A stretch of DNA of 64,000 bases from a virus. The DNA lies in IMG/VR virus record IMGVR_UViG_3300043446_001144, positions 13,010-77,009 of that record. One strand, given 5' to 3'. The notes under the pieces were generated by a model. The model saw nothing but the letters and a program-made list of their open reading frames with translations. It searched no databases and had not been told where the DNA came from. Position numbers and translations under genes: made by a program. This document shows, piece by piece, positions 29,877 to 37,788 of the stretch. Within the stretch, counting starts at the first letter, position 1. The number at the start of each line of letters is the position of its first letter.

Positions 29877-30076
29877 TACATACCACGCTTTCTTGGCATC
29901 GCCTGTTTCTTAGCCTTAGCCTGTGAAACAGCCTTCTTAATTTGAGGCCTGTTTTTATCAGCAGCGGCCTTGCCTTGCTTACCAGCACGCAAAGTTGCTA
30001 AGTCAGCAGCATCAATCTTGTTCTTGTTGCCAGCAAGTGCAGCAATCTTCTTCTGCTTAGGAGATAGTTCTTTCAC
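29876..30076 (-). CDS. Small basic protein
   Basis: LSPKQKKIA....KIDAADL..LR; GTGA coupling. Confidence 0.75.
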   Translation of the reverse strand: MKELSPKQKKIAALAGNKNKIDAADLATLRAGKQGKAAADKNRPQIKKAVSQAKAKKQAMPRKRGM

Positions 30077-30195
30077 TTTTTGCCTTTCTTCTTTGCAGCC
30101 TTCTTTTTTGTCTTAGCGTACTTTTTATTAGCAGCGGCTAAAGTTTTTTCACCATGCTTGTCCTTCGGGCGCATGCAGCCACATGTTGAACACAT
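30073..30195 (-). CDS. 40-aa basic peptide with N-terminal CxxCGC (MCSTCGCMRPKDKHGEK...)
   Basis: Read manually; fills the operon gap, GTGA overlap downstream. Confidence 0.75.
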   Translation of the reverse strand: MCSTCGCMRPKDKHGEKTLAAANKKYAKTKKKAAKKKGKK

Positions 30196-30197
30196 GG

Positions 30198-30269
30198 TTA
30201 CTTACAGCACTTGCACTTGCAGGATTTAGTCTTGCATTTACCTTTTTTACATCCACATGTAGCACACAT
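30198..30269 (-). CDS. 23-aa metallothionein-like peptide MCATCGCKKGKCKTKSCKCKCCK
   Basis: Read manually; TAATG coupling upstream; 8 Cys and 8 Lys. Confidence 0.7.
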   Translation of the reverse strand: MCATCGCKKGKCKTKSCKCKCCK

Positions 30270-30418
30270 TACTTCTTACCTGCTTTCTGTTTTGTTGGTT
30301 TTGCAATCTTGTTCCTGCCTGAACGGTCGGGAACACAATTAGGTACTTTACGACCATTCTTCATCTTCATGCCAACCTGGACATAGCCATCCCAGCATGG
30401 GTCAGACTTTTTAGCCAT
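30269..30418 (-). CDS. Small basic protein with CWxGY...KVPNCVP motif
   Basis: Start moved to ATG 30418; motif recalled from other phage small proteins. Confidence 0.75.
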   Translation of the reverse strand: MAKKSDPCWDGYVQVGMKMKNGRKVPNCVPDRSGRNKIAKPTKQKAGKK

Positions 30419-30641
30419 TCTTATTTTCCTTCTTGTGAGGGTTACCTTTGTGCCAGTCCTTAACGGCTTTGACACCCTGCTTAATTGTCTTAGACCCACC
30501 CTTTTTAGTCAGGTTAATTTTATCCCACTTGCCAGCCTTAGCCTTGGCTTCGTGGTCAACGACCACATCTCCCTTGCTGTTCTTTTTAACAGTGTGCTTA
30601 ATCCCTTGAACTTTAATGGTCTTTGATTTTTCTTTTTTCAC
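30411..30641 (-). CDS. Small basic protein
   Basis: Lys-rich, coupled on both sides. Confidence 0.7.
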   Translation of the reverse strand: MKKEKSKTIKVQGIKHTVKKNSKGDVVVDHEAKAKAGKWDKINLTKKGGSKTIKQGVKAVKDWHKGNPHKKENKNG

Positions 30642-30820
30642 GGAACCACTTTCTTACGATGAGTGTAACGAATGGGAGGTTTTGGCTTACGAACATAGCC
30701 GCCACGCTTTTTGCGCAACTTGGCTCCACCTGATTCGTACTTGCCCTCTGTAAGAGTGGTACGAACCTGTTTTTGAGGTGCTTTCCCTGCACGAGCACCA
30801 GGTGATTTTTTACGACGCAT
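30638..30820 (-). CDS. Arg/Lys-rich small protein
   Basis: 60 aa, TAATG coupling. Confidence 0.7.
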   Translation of the reverse strand: MRRKKSPGARAGKAPQKQVRTTLTEGKYESGGAKLRKKRGGYVRKPKPPIRYTHRKKVVP

Positions 30821-30999
30821 TACTTCTTCTTTTTAGACATTCCCGCTTCGCTCATGGCGATAGCAACAGCCTGCTTGCGTGACTTAACTACAGGTCCCTT
30901 ACCTGGACCTTTCTTACCCGATTTTAGTTTGCCGGATTTGTACTCACGCATAACTTTTTCAACTTTTCCTTTTTGCTTTGACGTTGCTTTTTTTGCCAT
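30820..30999 (-). CDS. 59-aa basic protein (DUF6496-like, from recall)
   Basis: Read manually: KVEKVMREYKSGKL...VKSRKQAVAIAMSEAG. Confidence 0.8.
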   Translation of the reverse strand: MAKKATSKQKGKVEKVMREYKSGKLKSGKKGPGKGPVVKSRKQAVAIAMSEAGMSKKKK

Positions 31000-31136
31000 T
31001 ACTCTTCCTCTTCTACTAGTTCTTCTTCATCCCAAACATGGTCATCATATTCTTCTTCCTCTAAAGATTCATAGTCAAAATCTTCTTCAAACAGAGTAGG
31101 GTCAATTTCTGGCTCAAAACTTTCCATATTAGACAT
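30999..31136 (-). CDS. 45-aa hyper-acidic peptide
   Basis: Read manually: MSNMESFEPEIDPTLFEEDFDYESLEEEEYDDHVWDEEELVEEEE; TAATG coupling. Confidence 0.65.
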   Translation of the reverse strand: MSNMESFEPEIDPTLFEEDFDYESLEEEEYDDHVWDEEELVEEEE

Positions 31137-31137
31137 G

Positions 31138-32634
31138 CTATGCCACCCGTGTGATAGAGGCCACGTAGAACGTGTAAGTGTTTGTTGTCCCAGAGTTCAT
31201 TGTTAGTTTTAGGTAGTTTAAGGCAGTTGTGTCTACTGCTACGGCAGTGGTGGTGTTGGTTGTGACTGTGCTGCCGTTGTAATGACTGGTTGTGCTTCCA
31301 AGAATAGTTCCGGCAATTCCAGTACTTCGCACTGTAATAAGGGCATTTATTTCTATTGCCCCTGCAGTTGCTGTTGCTCCAATGGTTCCTGTTGTTGCGA
31401 CGGTACCAGTCGTTGCGGATGTAGTTGTTCCTACTCTAACATTGTAGGTAGCAGTAACATTGTTAGTTCCAGTGCGAACTCCGTATGCCCTTACAATGTA
31501 ACTAGAACCAACTACTAAAGCATCTGCGGCTACAGCAAGGTTGATAACGTTGGTCTCTGTCGCTGCAGTTGTGGTTACGCTGGTTGTTAATGAACTACCA
31601 CTTAAACCCAGAGTGCCTTGAATTCCTTGTGTACCTATTGTTCCTTGGTTTCCTGTTAAACCTGTAGTTCCCTGGAATCCTTGAATTCCCGTAAGACCTT
31701 GAGTTCCTTGTCGGCCTTGAATTCCTTGAGTACCTTGAGCACCTGTGGCACCTTGAATACCGTTAGTTCCCTGTGTACCAACCGTACCTTGAGAGCCTAG
31801 TGTTCCTTGAATACCCTGTCTTCCTTGAATTCCTTGTGTTCCTTGCGTACCAAGGACACCTTGTGTTCCTTGTCGGCCTTGAATTCCTTGAGTACCAATG
31901 ACTCCTTGAATACCTGTTAAACCTTGCGCACCAACACCAACCGAACCTTGCGCACCAATTACTCCCTGTATTCCTTGAGTTCCCTGTGTGCCGAGCGTTC
32001 CTTGAGAGCCGGTTGTTCCTTGACGTCCCTGTACACCTTGTACTCCTTGAAGACCTGTAAGACCTTGGTTTCCAGCAATACCTTGTGCACCAGCAGTTCC
32101 CTGTGCACCCTGTTGACCAACACCTGTAATTCCCTGTAAACCAATGTAGCCCTGCAATCCTTGCGCACCTGCAGTTCCTTGCGCACCATTACTGCCACTA
32201 GTTCCAGAAGAGCCTTGCGTTCCTGTTCTACCTTGAACACCTTGTGTTCCATTTGTGCCCTGAATACCCGCAGAACCGTTAGAACCTGCAGTTCCTTGTG
32301 TTCCTGTTCCCGCAACACCTTGAGTTCCATTTAAACCTTGAGTACCAGTCGTACCCTGACGACCTTGAGTTCCTTGAGCACCTGTTCCATTTGCTCCTTG
32401 AATACCAAGCGCACCCTGTGTTCCAGTAAATCCTTGAATACCTATTGTTCCAGTTGTTCCTTGGAGTCCTAACGGACCACGAGTTCCTTGTACGCCTTGA
32501 CGACCTTGAGTTCCTTGTCGGCCTTGAATAGCCTGTGTACTTAAAGATTGGATTCCAGCATCTAAATAATCAAGCGCTGCATTAAGTGTGACATCCCAAT
32601 CGGATTGTCCTGCAACGGGCTTTTGAAGTGGCAC
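31138..32634 (-). CDS. Collagen-like fibre protein (G-X-Q/G-T-T) with C-terminal beta domain
   Basis: About 310 aa of Gly-X-Y with a few interruptions; N-terminal W...LNAAL anchor. Confidence 0.88.
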   Translation of the reverse strand: MPLQKPVAGQSDWDVTLNAALDYLDAGIQSLSTQAIQGRQGTQGRQGVQGTRGPLGLQGTTGTIGIQGFTGTQGALGIQGANGTGAQGTQGRQGTTGTQGLNGTQGVAGTGTQGTAGSNGSAGIQGTNGTQGVQGRTGTQGSSGTSGSNGAQGTAGAQGLQGYIGLQGITGVGQQGAQGTAGAQGIAGNQGLTGLQGVQGVQGRQGTTGSQGTLGTQGTQGIQGVIGAQGSVGVGAQGLTGIQGVIGTQGIQGRQGTQGVLGTQGTQGIQGRQGIQGTLGSQGTVGTQGTNGIQGATGAQGTQGIQGRQGTQGLTGIQGFQGTTGLTGNQGTIGTQGIQGTLGLSGSSLTTSVTTTAATETNVINLAVAADALVVGSSYIVRAYGVRTGTNNVTATYNVRVGTTTSATTGTVATTGTIGATATAGAIEINALITVRSTGIAGTILGSTTSHYNGSTVTTNTTTAVAVDTTALNYLKLTMNSGTTNTYTFYVASITRVA

Positions 32635-32649
32635 TATGTATTACCTTTC

Positions 32650-33240
32650 CTAGTAACCGTAACTACTGTCGCCATAGCCATTTGCACCGTAGCCAAAGTA
32701 TTCGGTAGATGTTGCATACTGTTGGAACTGCGGGTCATTGACCATTTCTTCGGAATTGACCATGTTACAGTCAATAGTGACTACTGAGTATCTATCCTTA
32801 TATCTTCCTCGTGGGTTAACTCGCGTGGGAACAAAGACAAATCCTTGAAATATAATACGGTCTTTTATATGTTTGCTTGGGTCTGTAATCATTGCTGGAA
32901 GAAGTCTGTTTATATCTGCGACACTTACTACTAAGCGTAGAGTATCTGTGGTGTAGAAGCCTCGCTCATTCATAATATTGCTGCCACGCATCTGTTGGGC
33001 AAGAATTACAGGTAATTTAAAGGAGGTATTCCAACGCCTTCCCTTGTTATCTACTTGATTTGAGACGTCGTAGATGGGGTCTACCCAGTTCGTATAGTTT
33101 TGGCGTAAAGCATCAGCATCCCAAACCCACCAATCAACCTCAGTTCCTACGGGGTCGCGTAACTCATCAACGATACCCTCATCCATGGACTGGGTTTCGT
33201 AGTCGATTTTAAAGCGTCCTTGGACTTTAGTCCCACGCAT
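32650..33240 (-). CDS. Head-tail adaptor/neck protein
   Basis: DPIYD, RGFY..DTL; start moved to ATG 33240 (GGGAGG RBS); YG-repeat tail. Confidence 0.6.
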   Translation of the reverse strand: MRGTKVQGRFKIDYETQSMDEGIVDELRDPVGTEVDWWVWDADALRQNYTNWVDPIYDVSNQVDNKGRRWNTSFKLPVILAQQMRGSNIMNERGFYTTDTLRLVVSVADINRLLPAMITDPSKHIKDRIIFQGFVFVPTRVNPRGRYKDRYSVVTIDCNMVNSEEMVNDPQFQQYATSTEYFGYGANGYGDSSYGY

Positions 33241-33258
33241 AGAACCTCCCAACGGCAT

Positions 33259-33326
33259 TGATACGATACCAATTTTTTGAGGAAAAAATGTGCTGGATTA
33301 TCGGGACATAGTGTTAGGATGCCCCC
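33259..33326. promoter_or_regulatory. Divergent promoter region
   Basis: + strand TGt-TAGGAT-N6-ATG; - strand TGg-TATCGT. Confidence 0.6.
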
Positions 33327-34328
33327 ATGAATTTGGTACAACGAGCAGTCTCATCTGGCGGAAAACTTGCCCCTCTAGTCATCTCCCACGGTCTAACCGC
33401 TGGAACAGGGCTAATGAACCCCTCAATTTTTATAGACGATGAAGGCGATATTCTTGTCAATTTACGGCATGTTAACTACACCCTCTATCATGCAGAAAAT
33501 CATCAGAAGTTCCCAAGTAGATGGGGACCTCTCTCTTATTTGCATCCAGAAAAAGACCAACGTCTAGTTACCGTCAATTATGTTTGTCGTCTAGACGAAA
33601 ATCTCTTAATGACTGATTTTGCAAAAGTTGATACTTCTAAGTTTGATGTTGAGCCTAAATGGGAATTTGTTGGTGAAGAAGACTGCCGTCTTGTTCAATG
33701 GGATGGCGACTACTATTTAGTAGGCGTTCGTAGAGATACTACTACTAATGGTGAAGGACGTATGGAGTACAGTAAAGTGACAATAGATAAACGCAAATGG
33801 TCTGTTAAAGAGGTTTCTCGTGTTCGCATTCCTGCTCCTATGCCCAACATCTCTTACTGTGAAAAGAATTGGGTACCTATTATTGATAAACCTTATCACT
33901 TTGTAAAATGGGTATCCCCAGTAGAAATTGTAAAAGCGTCCCCCAACAAATCGGAATGTGACCAAGTTAAATTAAAACAGTGTCTTGTTACTCCCATGGA
34001 CCAACGAGGAAGTTCTCAAGTTATTAGATGGAAAGGACAGTACATCTCTATAACACACGATGTTGATTTATTTAAAAATTATTTGAATCAAAAAGACGGA
34101 ATCTATCGTCATCGTGTACTAGTTTGGAATGATGACATGAACCTTATTGGAATTTCTAATCAATTTTCTTTTTTAGATGCTCGAATAGAGTTCTGTGTTG
34201 GGGCTGCAGTTCATAACGAAGATTTATTGATATCTTTTGGATTTCAAGATAACGCTGCTTTTGTGCTGAGAACTCCTGCACATATTGTGGACGCTCTTGT
34301 AGAGGAGGCTTTGCAATATGGCAATTGA
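33327..34328 (+). CDS. Five-bladed propeller carbohydrate-active enzyme (GH130/GT91-like)
   Basis: NPSI, EDCRL, EKNWVP, RGSS, IEFCVG, ISFG.QD motifs. Confidence 0.7.
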   Translation: MNLVQRAVSSGGKLAPLVISHGLTAGTGLMNPSIFIDDEGDILVNLRHVNYTLYHAENHQKFPSRWGPLSYLHPEKDQRLVTVNYVCRLDENLLMTDFAKVDTSKFDVEPKWEFVGEEDCRLVQWDGDYYLVGVRRDTTTNGEGRMEYSKVTIDKRKWSVKEVSRVRIPAPMPNISYCEKNWVPIIDKPYHFVKWVSPVEIVKASPNKSECDQVKLKQCLVTPMDQRGSSQVIRWKGQYISITHDVDLFKNYLNQKDGIYRHRVLVWNDDMNLIGISNQFSFLDARIEFCVGAAVHNEDLLISFGFQDNAAFVLRTPAHIVDALVEEALQYGN

Positions 34329-34878
34329 AGATTTGATAGTTGACTTATCAAGTGACCCGTTCAATCACGAAAAGAACTTCACCGTTGCAAGTGAATATCA
34401 AAAGTTAAATCAAACCGCTTCTGCTGTTTCCTTTTACCTAAGAACTGCAGAGTATGGTCCAGAAAAAGGAAGCCCACATGTATACGCATCTCTATTAAAG
34501 ATGGCGAGATGCTTTAATGACCAGCATGACAGAAAGCACACTGTAACAAACTGTCTACTTCAAGCAATTGCTTATTGGCCTGAACGACCAGAAGCGTACT
34601 TTTATCTATCGCAATTTCATGAAAGAGAAAGTAATTGGCAAGAATGCTACACCTTTGCAGAAATTGGTCTTAATCTTGCTGATTTTGACAAACTTCCAGG
34701 AGAACTTGACTATTACGGAAAGTATTGCTTGGAATTTGAAAAGGCAGTAAGCGCCTACTGGGTGGGACGTCGAGATGAGAGCATCAGTATGTTTATACAG
34801 TTAAAGACCAAAAATCTAGAGTCTGATTATGTTGAATCTGTAGAAACTAATCTAAGGAGTTTAGGTGTTACTTTTTGA
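34318..34878 (+). CDS. TPR protein
   Basis: Helical repeats, AIAYWPERPEAYFYL. Confidence 0.75.
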   Translation: MAIEDLIVDLSSDPFNHEKNFTVASEYQKLNQTASAVSFYLRTAEYGPEKGSPHVYASLLKMARCFNDQHDRKHTVTNCLLQAIAYWPERPEAYFYLSQFHERESNWQECYTFAEIGLNLADFDKLPGELDYYGKYCLEFEKAVSAYWVGRRDESISMFIQLKTKNLESDYVESVETNLRSLGVTF

Positions 34879-35536
34879 TATTGGTGCAAACCGTGGTGAC
34901 GCAGTAGTTGCTGGGTTAAACAAAGGGTACAAAGTAGTTGCTGTTGAGGCTGCTCCTAAAATATTCAGAGCATTAGAGACTAACTTTAAAAATAACCCTA
35001 ATGTTCGTACCATAAAGTTTGCTGTTTCTGAAAAAGATTTTGAAACTGTAAATTTCTACGAATGTATTGAAGATGGGCTTTCAACCCTAAATTTAGACTG
35101 GCTTACAGCAGACACCATGCCATACAATGGGAAACGGTTTTGGACAGTAGAAGTTACGACAATAACTATCGACACTCTAGTTAATTTGTACGGAAAACCT
35201 GACCTTATAAAAATAGACGTAGAAGGTGCAGAATGGTCTGTTTTCAAAGGAATGACGCAAAATTATGGAAAACTTACCTTTGAATGGACTTTTGAAACCA
35301 TAAAAGAACACGAAAAACAATTAGACTATCTCTACACGTTAGGGTATACACATGTTGCTCCACAGTACATCGTCCATCACTTAGACGAGCCTACTGAATG
35401 GTATGAACTGCAGCAAAATAACCTCAATCAACTGTACATTTGGCATCAAGAGACCTCCGATGCATGGATAGAGGGTGGGTGGAAAACCGCAAACCTTAGA
35501 CCAACTGCCGATGTTGGAATGTGTTGGGTAAAGTGA
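34865..35536 (+). CDS. FkbM-family methyltransferase
   Basis: FDIGANRG, VVAVEA, TIDTL...PDLIKIDVEGAE. Confidence 0.92.
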   Translation: MLLFDIGANRGDAVVAGLNKGYKVVAVEAAPKIFRALETNFKNNPNVRTIKFAVSEKDFETVNFYECIEDGLSTLNLDWLTADTMPYNGKRFWTVEVTTITIDTLVNLYGKPDLIKIDVEGAEWSVFKGMTQNYGKLTFEWTFETIKEHEKQLDYLYTLGYTHVAPQYIVHHLDEPTEWYELQQNNLNQLYIWHQETSDAWIEGGWKTANLRPTADVGMCWVK

Positions 35537-35548
35537 TAGGGTTTAGCA

Positions 35549-36226
35549 ATGACTAACGCTCTTCCGCATTTCAATATAATCTTTGCAACTCCAGGGCACT
35601 CTATGCTTCCCGGATATGTTCGAAGTATACTAAAAAGCACTTACTATTTGACTCACAAAGGTCTAACATGGAATTACCTTACTGATTATTCCTCTTTGGT
35701 TGCGCACGCAAGAGAAAAGACTATTGGTGGAACAGGTTATCAAGACCGCAGTAATAAAAAACCAGGTCATGGAACCTTTACCTACGATGTTATAGTTTGG
35801 ATTGACTCAGACATAGCGTGGGAGCCAGAAGATTTGTTTAGACTCATAGAGCATAAAGAGGAGATTGTTTCTGGGTGCTACATGATGGAGAATGGAGAAG
35901 TGACTGTTTATCCAGAAGCATTAAAAAACGGTATGAGAGTAGAGGAAATTCTTCGCATGAAGAAGCCGTTTGAAGTTAGAGGAGTAGGTTTTGGGTTTTT
36001 AGCAATTAAGTATGGGGTATTTGAGCGCATGGAGCGTCCTTGGTTCTCTCAGGTCGAGGTCGAGGTAATGAATGATAAAACAGGAGAACCAGAATACAAA
36101 TTTCCTCTTATGGGAGAAGACTTGTCTTGGTGTGAGAAGGCGCATCGTATGGGGTTGAAAATTTGGGTGGACCCACTTATCAGGGTGACGCATCACAAAC
36201 AAATAAAGTTGGAATGGCCTCGTTAA
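35549..36226 (+). CDS. GT-A (GT2-like) glycosyltransferase
   Basis: WIDSDI, VSGCY, GFGF, PWF, GEDLSWC. Confidence 0.85.
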   Translation: MTNALPHFNIIFATPGHSMLPGYVRSILKSTYYLTHKGLTWNYLTDYSSLVAHAREKTIGGTGYQDRSNKKPGHGTFTYDVIVWIDSDIAWEPEDLFRLIEHKEEIVSGCYMMENGEVTVYPEALKNGMRVEEILRMKKPFEVRGVGFGFLAIKYGVFERMERPWFSQVEVEVMNDKTGEPEYKFPLMGEDLSWCEKAHRMGLKIWVDPLIRVTHHKQIKLEWPR

Positions 36227-36751
36227 ATGCCTGTATCTAACCCAGAAACCAAACCTTGGATTGCTAAACAATTACTTGCTTTAAAACCTAGAACTGTTCT
36301 AGATGTTGGAGCAGGAAAAGGTTTATATTTAAACTTAGTATACGATGTACTTGGAAAACACAATGTTCACGTAACTGGCGTTGAAGTATGGGAAGAGTAT
36401 GTAAACTTTTTTATGCTTGAAATGCGGTATGACAAGTTAGTAAAGGCTGACGTAAGAGACATGCAGGAGTTTAATTACGATTTAGTTATTCTTGGAGATG
36501 TCCTTGAACACATGTCCAAAGATGATGCGTTAGCATTGTGGACTAAGATAAGTAAACAGGCAAAATACGCTGTAATTGCTATACCTGTTGTTCATCACCC
36601 ACAAGATGCAGTAAACGGTAATCCCTTTGAAGTACATGTAAAGGAAGATTGGACCACTACCGAAGTGCTAGAGAGTTTCCCTGGTATTATTGACCATGCC
36701 GAGTTTTCAGTATGCGGTGCCTTTTTAGCCAAATTTAAAGGAGATTTATGA
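36227..36751 (+). CDS. Class I SAM-dependent methyltransferase
   Basis: LDVGAGKG, GVEVW, YDLVILGDVLEH. Confidence 0.9.
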   Translation: MPVSNPETKPWIAKQLLALKPRTVLDVGAGKGLYLNLVYDVLGKHNVHVTGVEVWEEYVNFFMLEMRYDKLVKADVRDMQEFNYDLVILGDVLEHMSKDDALALWTKISKQAKYAVIAIPVVHHPQDAVNGNPFEVHVKEDWTTTEVLESFPGIIDHAEFSVCGAFLAKFKGDL

Positions 36752-36888
36752 GTGTTTATAAACGCCCTGGTTGGACACACCCGTCACCTTTTGCAAATGC
36801 AGAAACTGCACCTACTGAACCGTTAGATGTCGTTTCAGAAGAAGAGCCTTTAGTAGATGAACCTTTGTTGCCTGTAGTAGAGGAATAG
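36748..36888 (+). CDS. 46-aa acidic peptide (MSVYKRPGWTHPSPF...VVEE)
   Basis: Read manually; ATGA overlap upstream, abuts the next ATG. Confidence 0.6.
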   Translation: MSVYKRPGWTHPSPFANAETAPTEPLDVVSEEEPLVDEPLLPVVEE

Positions 36889-37788
36889 ATGACTGAGAAG
36901 GTTATGCCTATGGGAGGCTCTGACATTATGTTGGAGGGCCTCAAAAAATACGTAAATTTAGATGGGATAAACGTTATACAGTCAGTATGTGATGAAAGGT
37001 TGATTGACTTAGATAAAAAGAATATTCTTTGGCAGCATTTGCCCGCAAATCAACCATTAGTTCAAGGAATTAGTGACAAGTATTTTCAACGGCAGTTAGA
37101 TGCCACCGTTATGGTTTCTCACTGGCAACATGAAAAGTACAGATTTATGCATCAAATTCCGTTATCTAATGTTGTTGTTATAAAGAATGCTATAGAACCT
37201 ATAGAGTTTATTCCTCGTTCTACAGGTCGTAAAATAAAGGTAATATATGCGTCTCCGCCATATCGCGGTTTAGACGTAATGTTAGCGTCTTTTGAGTTAT
37301 TAAACAGAGATGATGTTGAGTTAGATATTTACTCCTCTACGATTATCTATGGCTCAGATTATGTAAAACATGAGGGTGACCGATACGAACCTCTATTTAA
37401 TAAAGCAAGGGAATTGCCTAATGTAAACTACATTGGTTATGTTCCTCATAAAGAGATGATAAGTGCCTTCCAAAATGCCGACATTCTTGCATATCCTTGC
37501 ACTTTTGAAGAAACTTCGTGTCTTACAGTAATTGAGGCCGCCGCTGCTGGGTGCAAAATTGTTACTACTAACATTGGCGGTCTTCCTGAAACAGGCTCTG
37601 AATTTGCAACTCTAGTACCAATACAAGCAACACATCTCGAATTAGTGTCTAGTTTTTCTTACTTTTTAAATAAAGTAATTGATGAAATTGATTCTTTTGA
37701 TGGAGCGTACCAGTCATCTTTTTACAACAAAATGTATGATTGGGAAAGACGTGCTATTGAATGGAAGTCTTTAATTAGTATGCTCTAA
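36889..37788 (+). CDS. GT-B (GT4-like) glycosyltransferase
   Basis: PMGGS, VSHWQ, YASPPYRGL, YP..FEETSC...IEAAAAG. Confidence 0.9.
   Translation: MTEKVMPMGGSDIMLEGLKKYVNLDGINVIQSVCDERLIDLDKKNILWQHLPANQPLVQGISDKYFQRQLDATVMVSHWQHEKYRFMHQIPLSNVVVIKNAIEPIEFIPRSTGRKIKVIYASPPYRGLDVMLASFELLNRDDVELDIYSSTIIYGSDYVKHEGDRYEPLFNKARELPNVNYIGYVPHKEMISAFQNADILAYPCTFEETSCLTVIEAAAAGCKIVTTNIGGLPETGSEFATLVPIQATHLELVSSFSYFLNKVIDEIDSFDGAYQSSFYNKMYDWERRAIEWKSLISML

Noticed and set aside
33327-37788. Invertible (phase-variable) segment
   Set aside because: No flanking inverted repeats or recombinase seen; it has its own promoters and a convergent overlap with 37775
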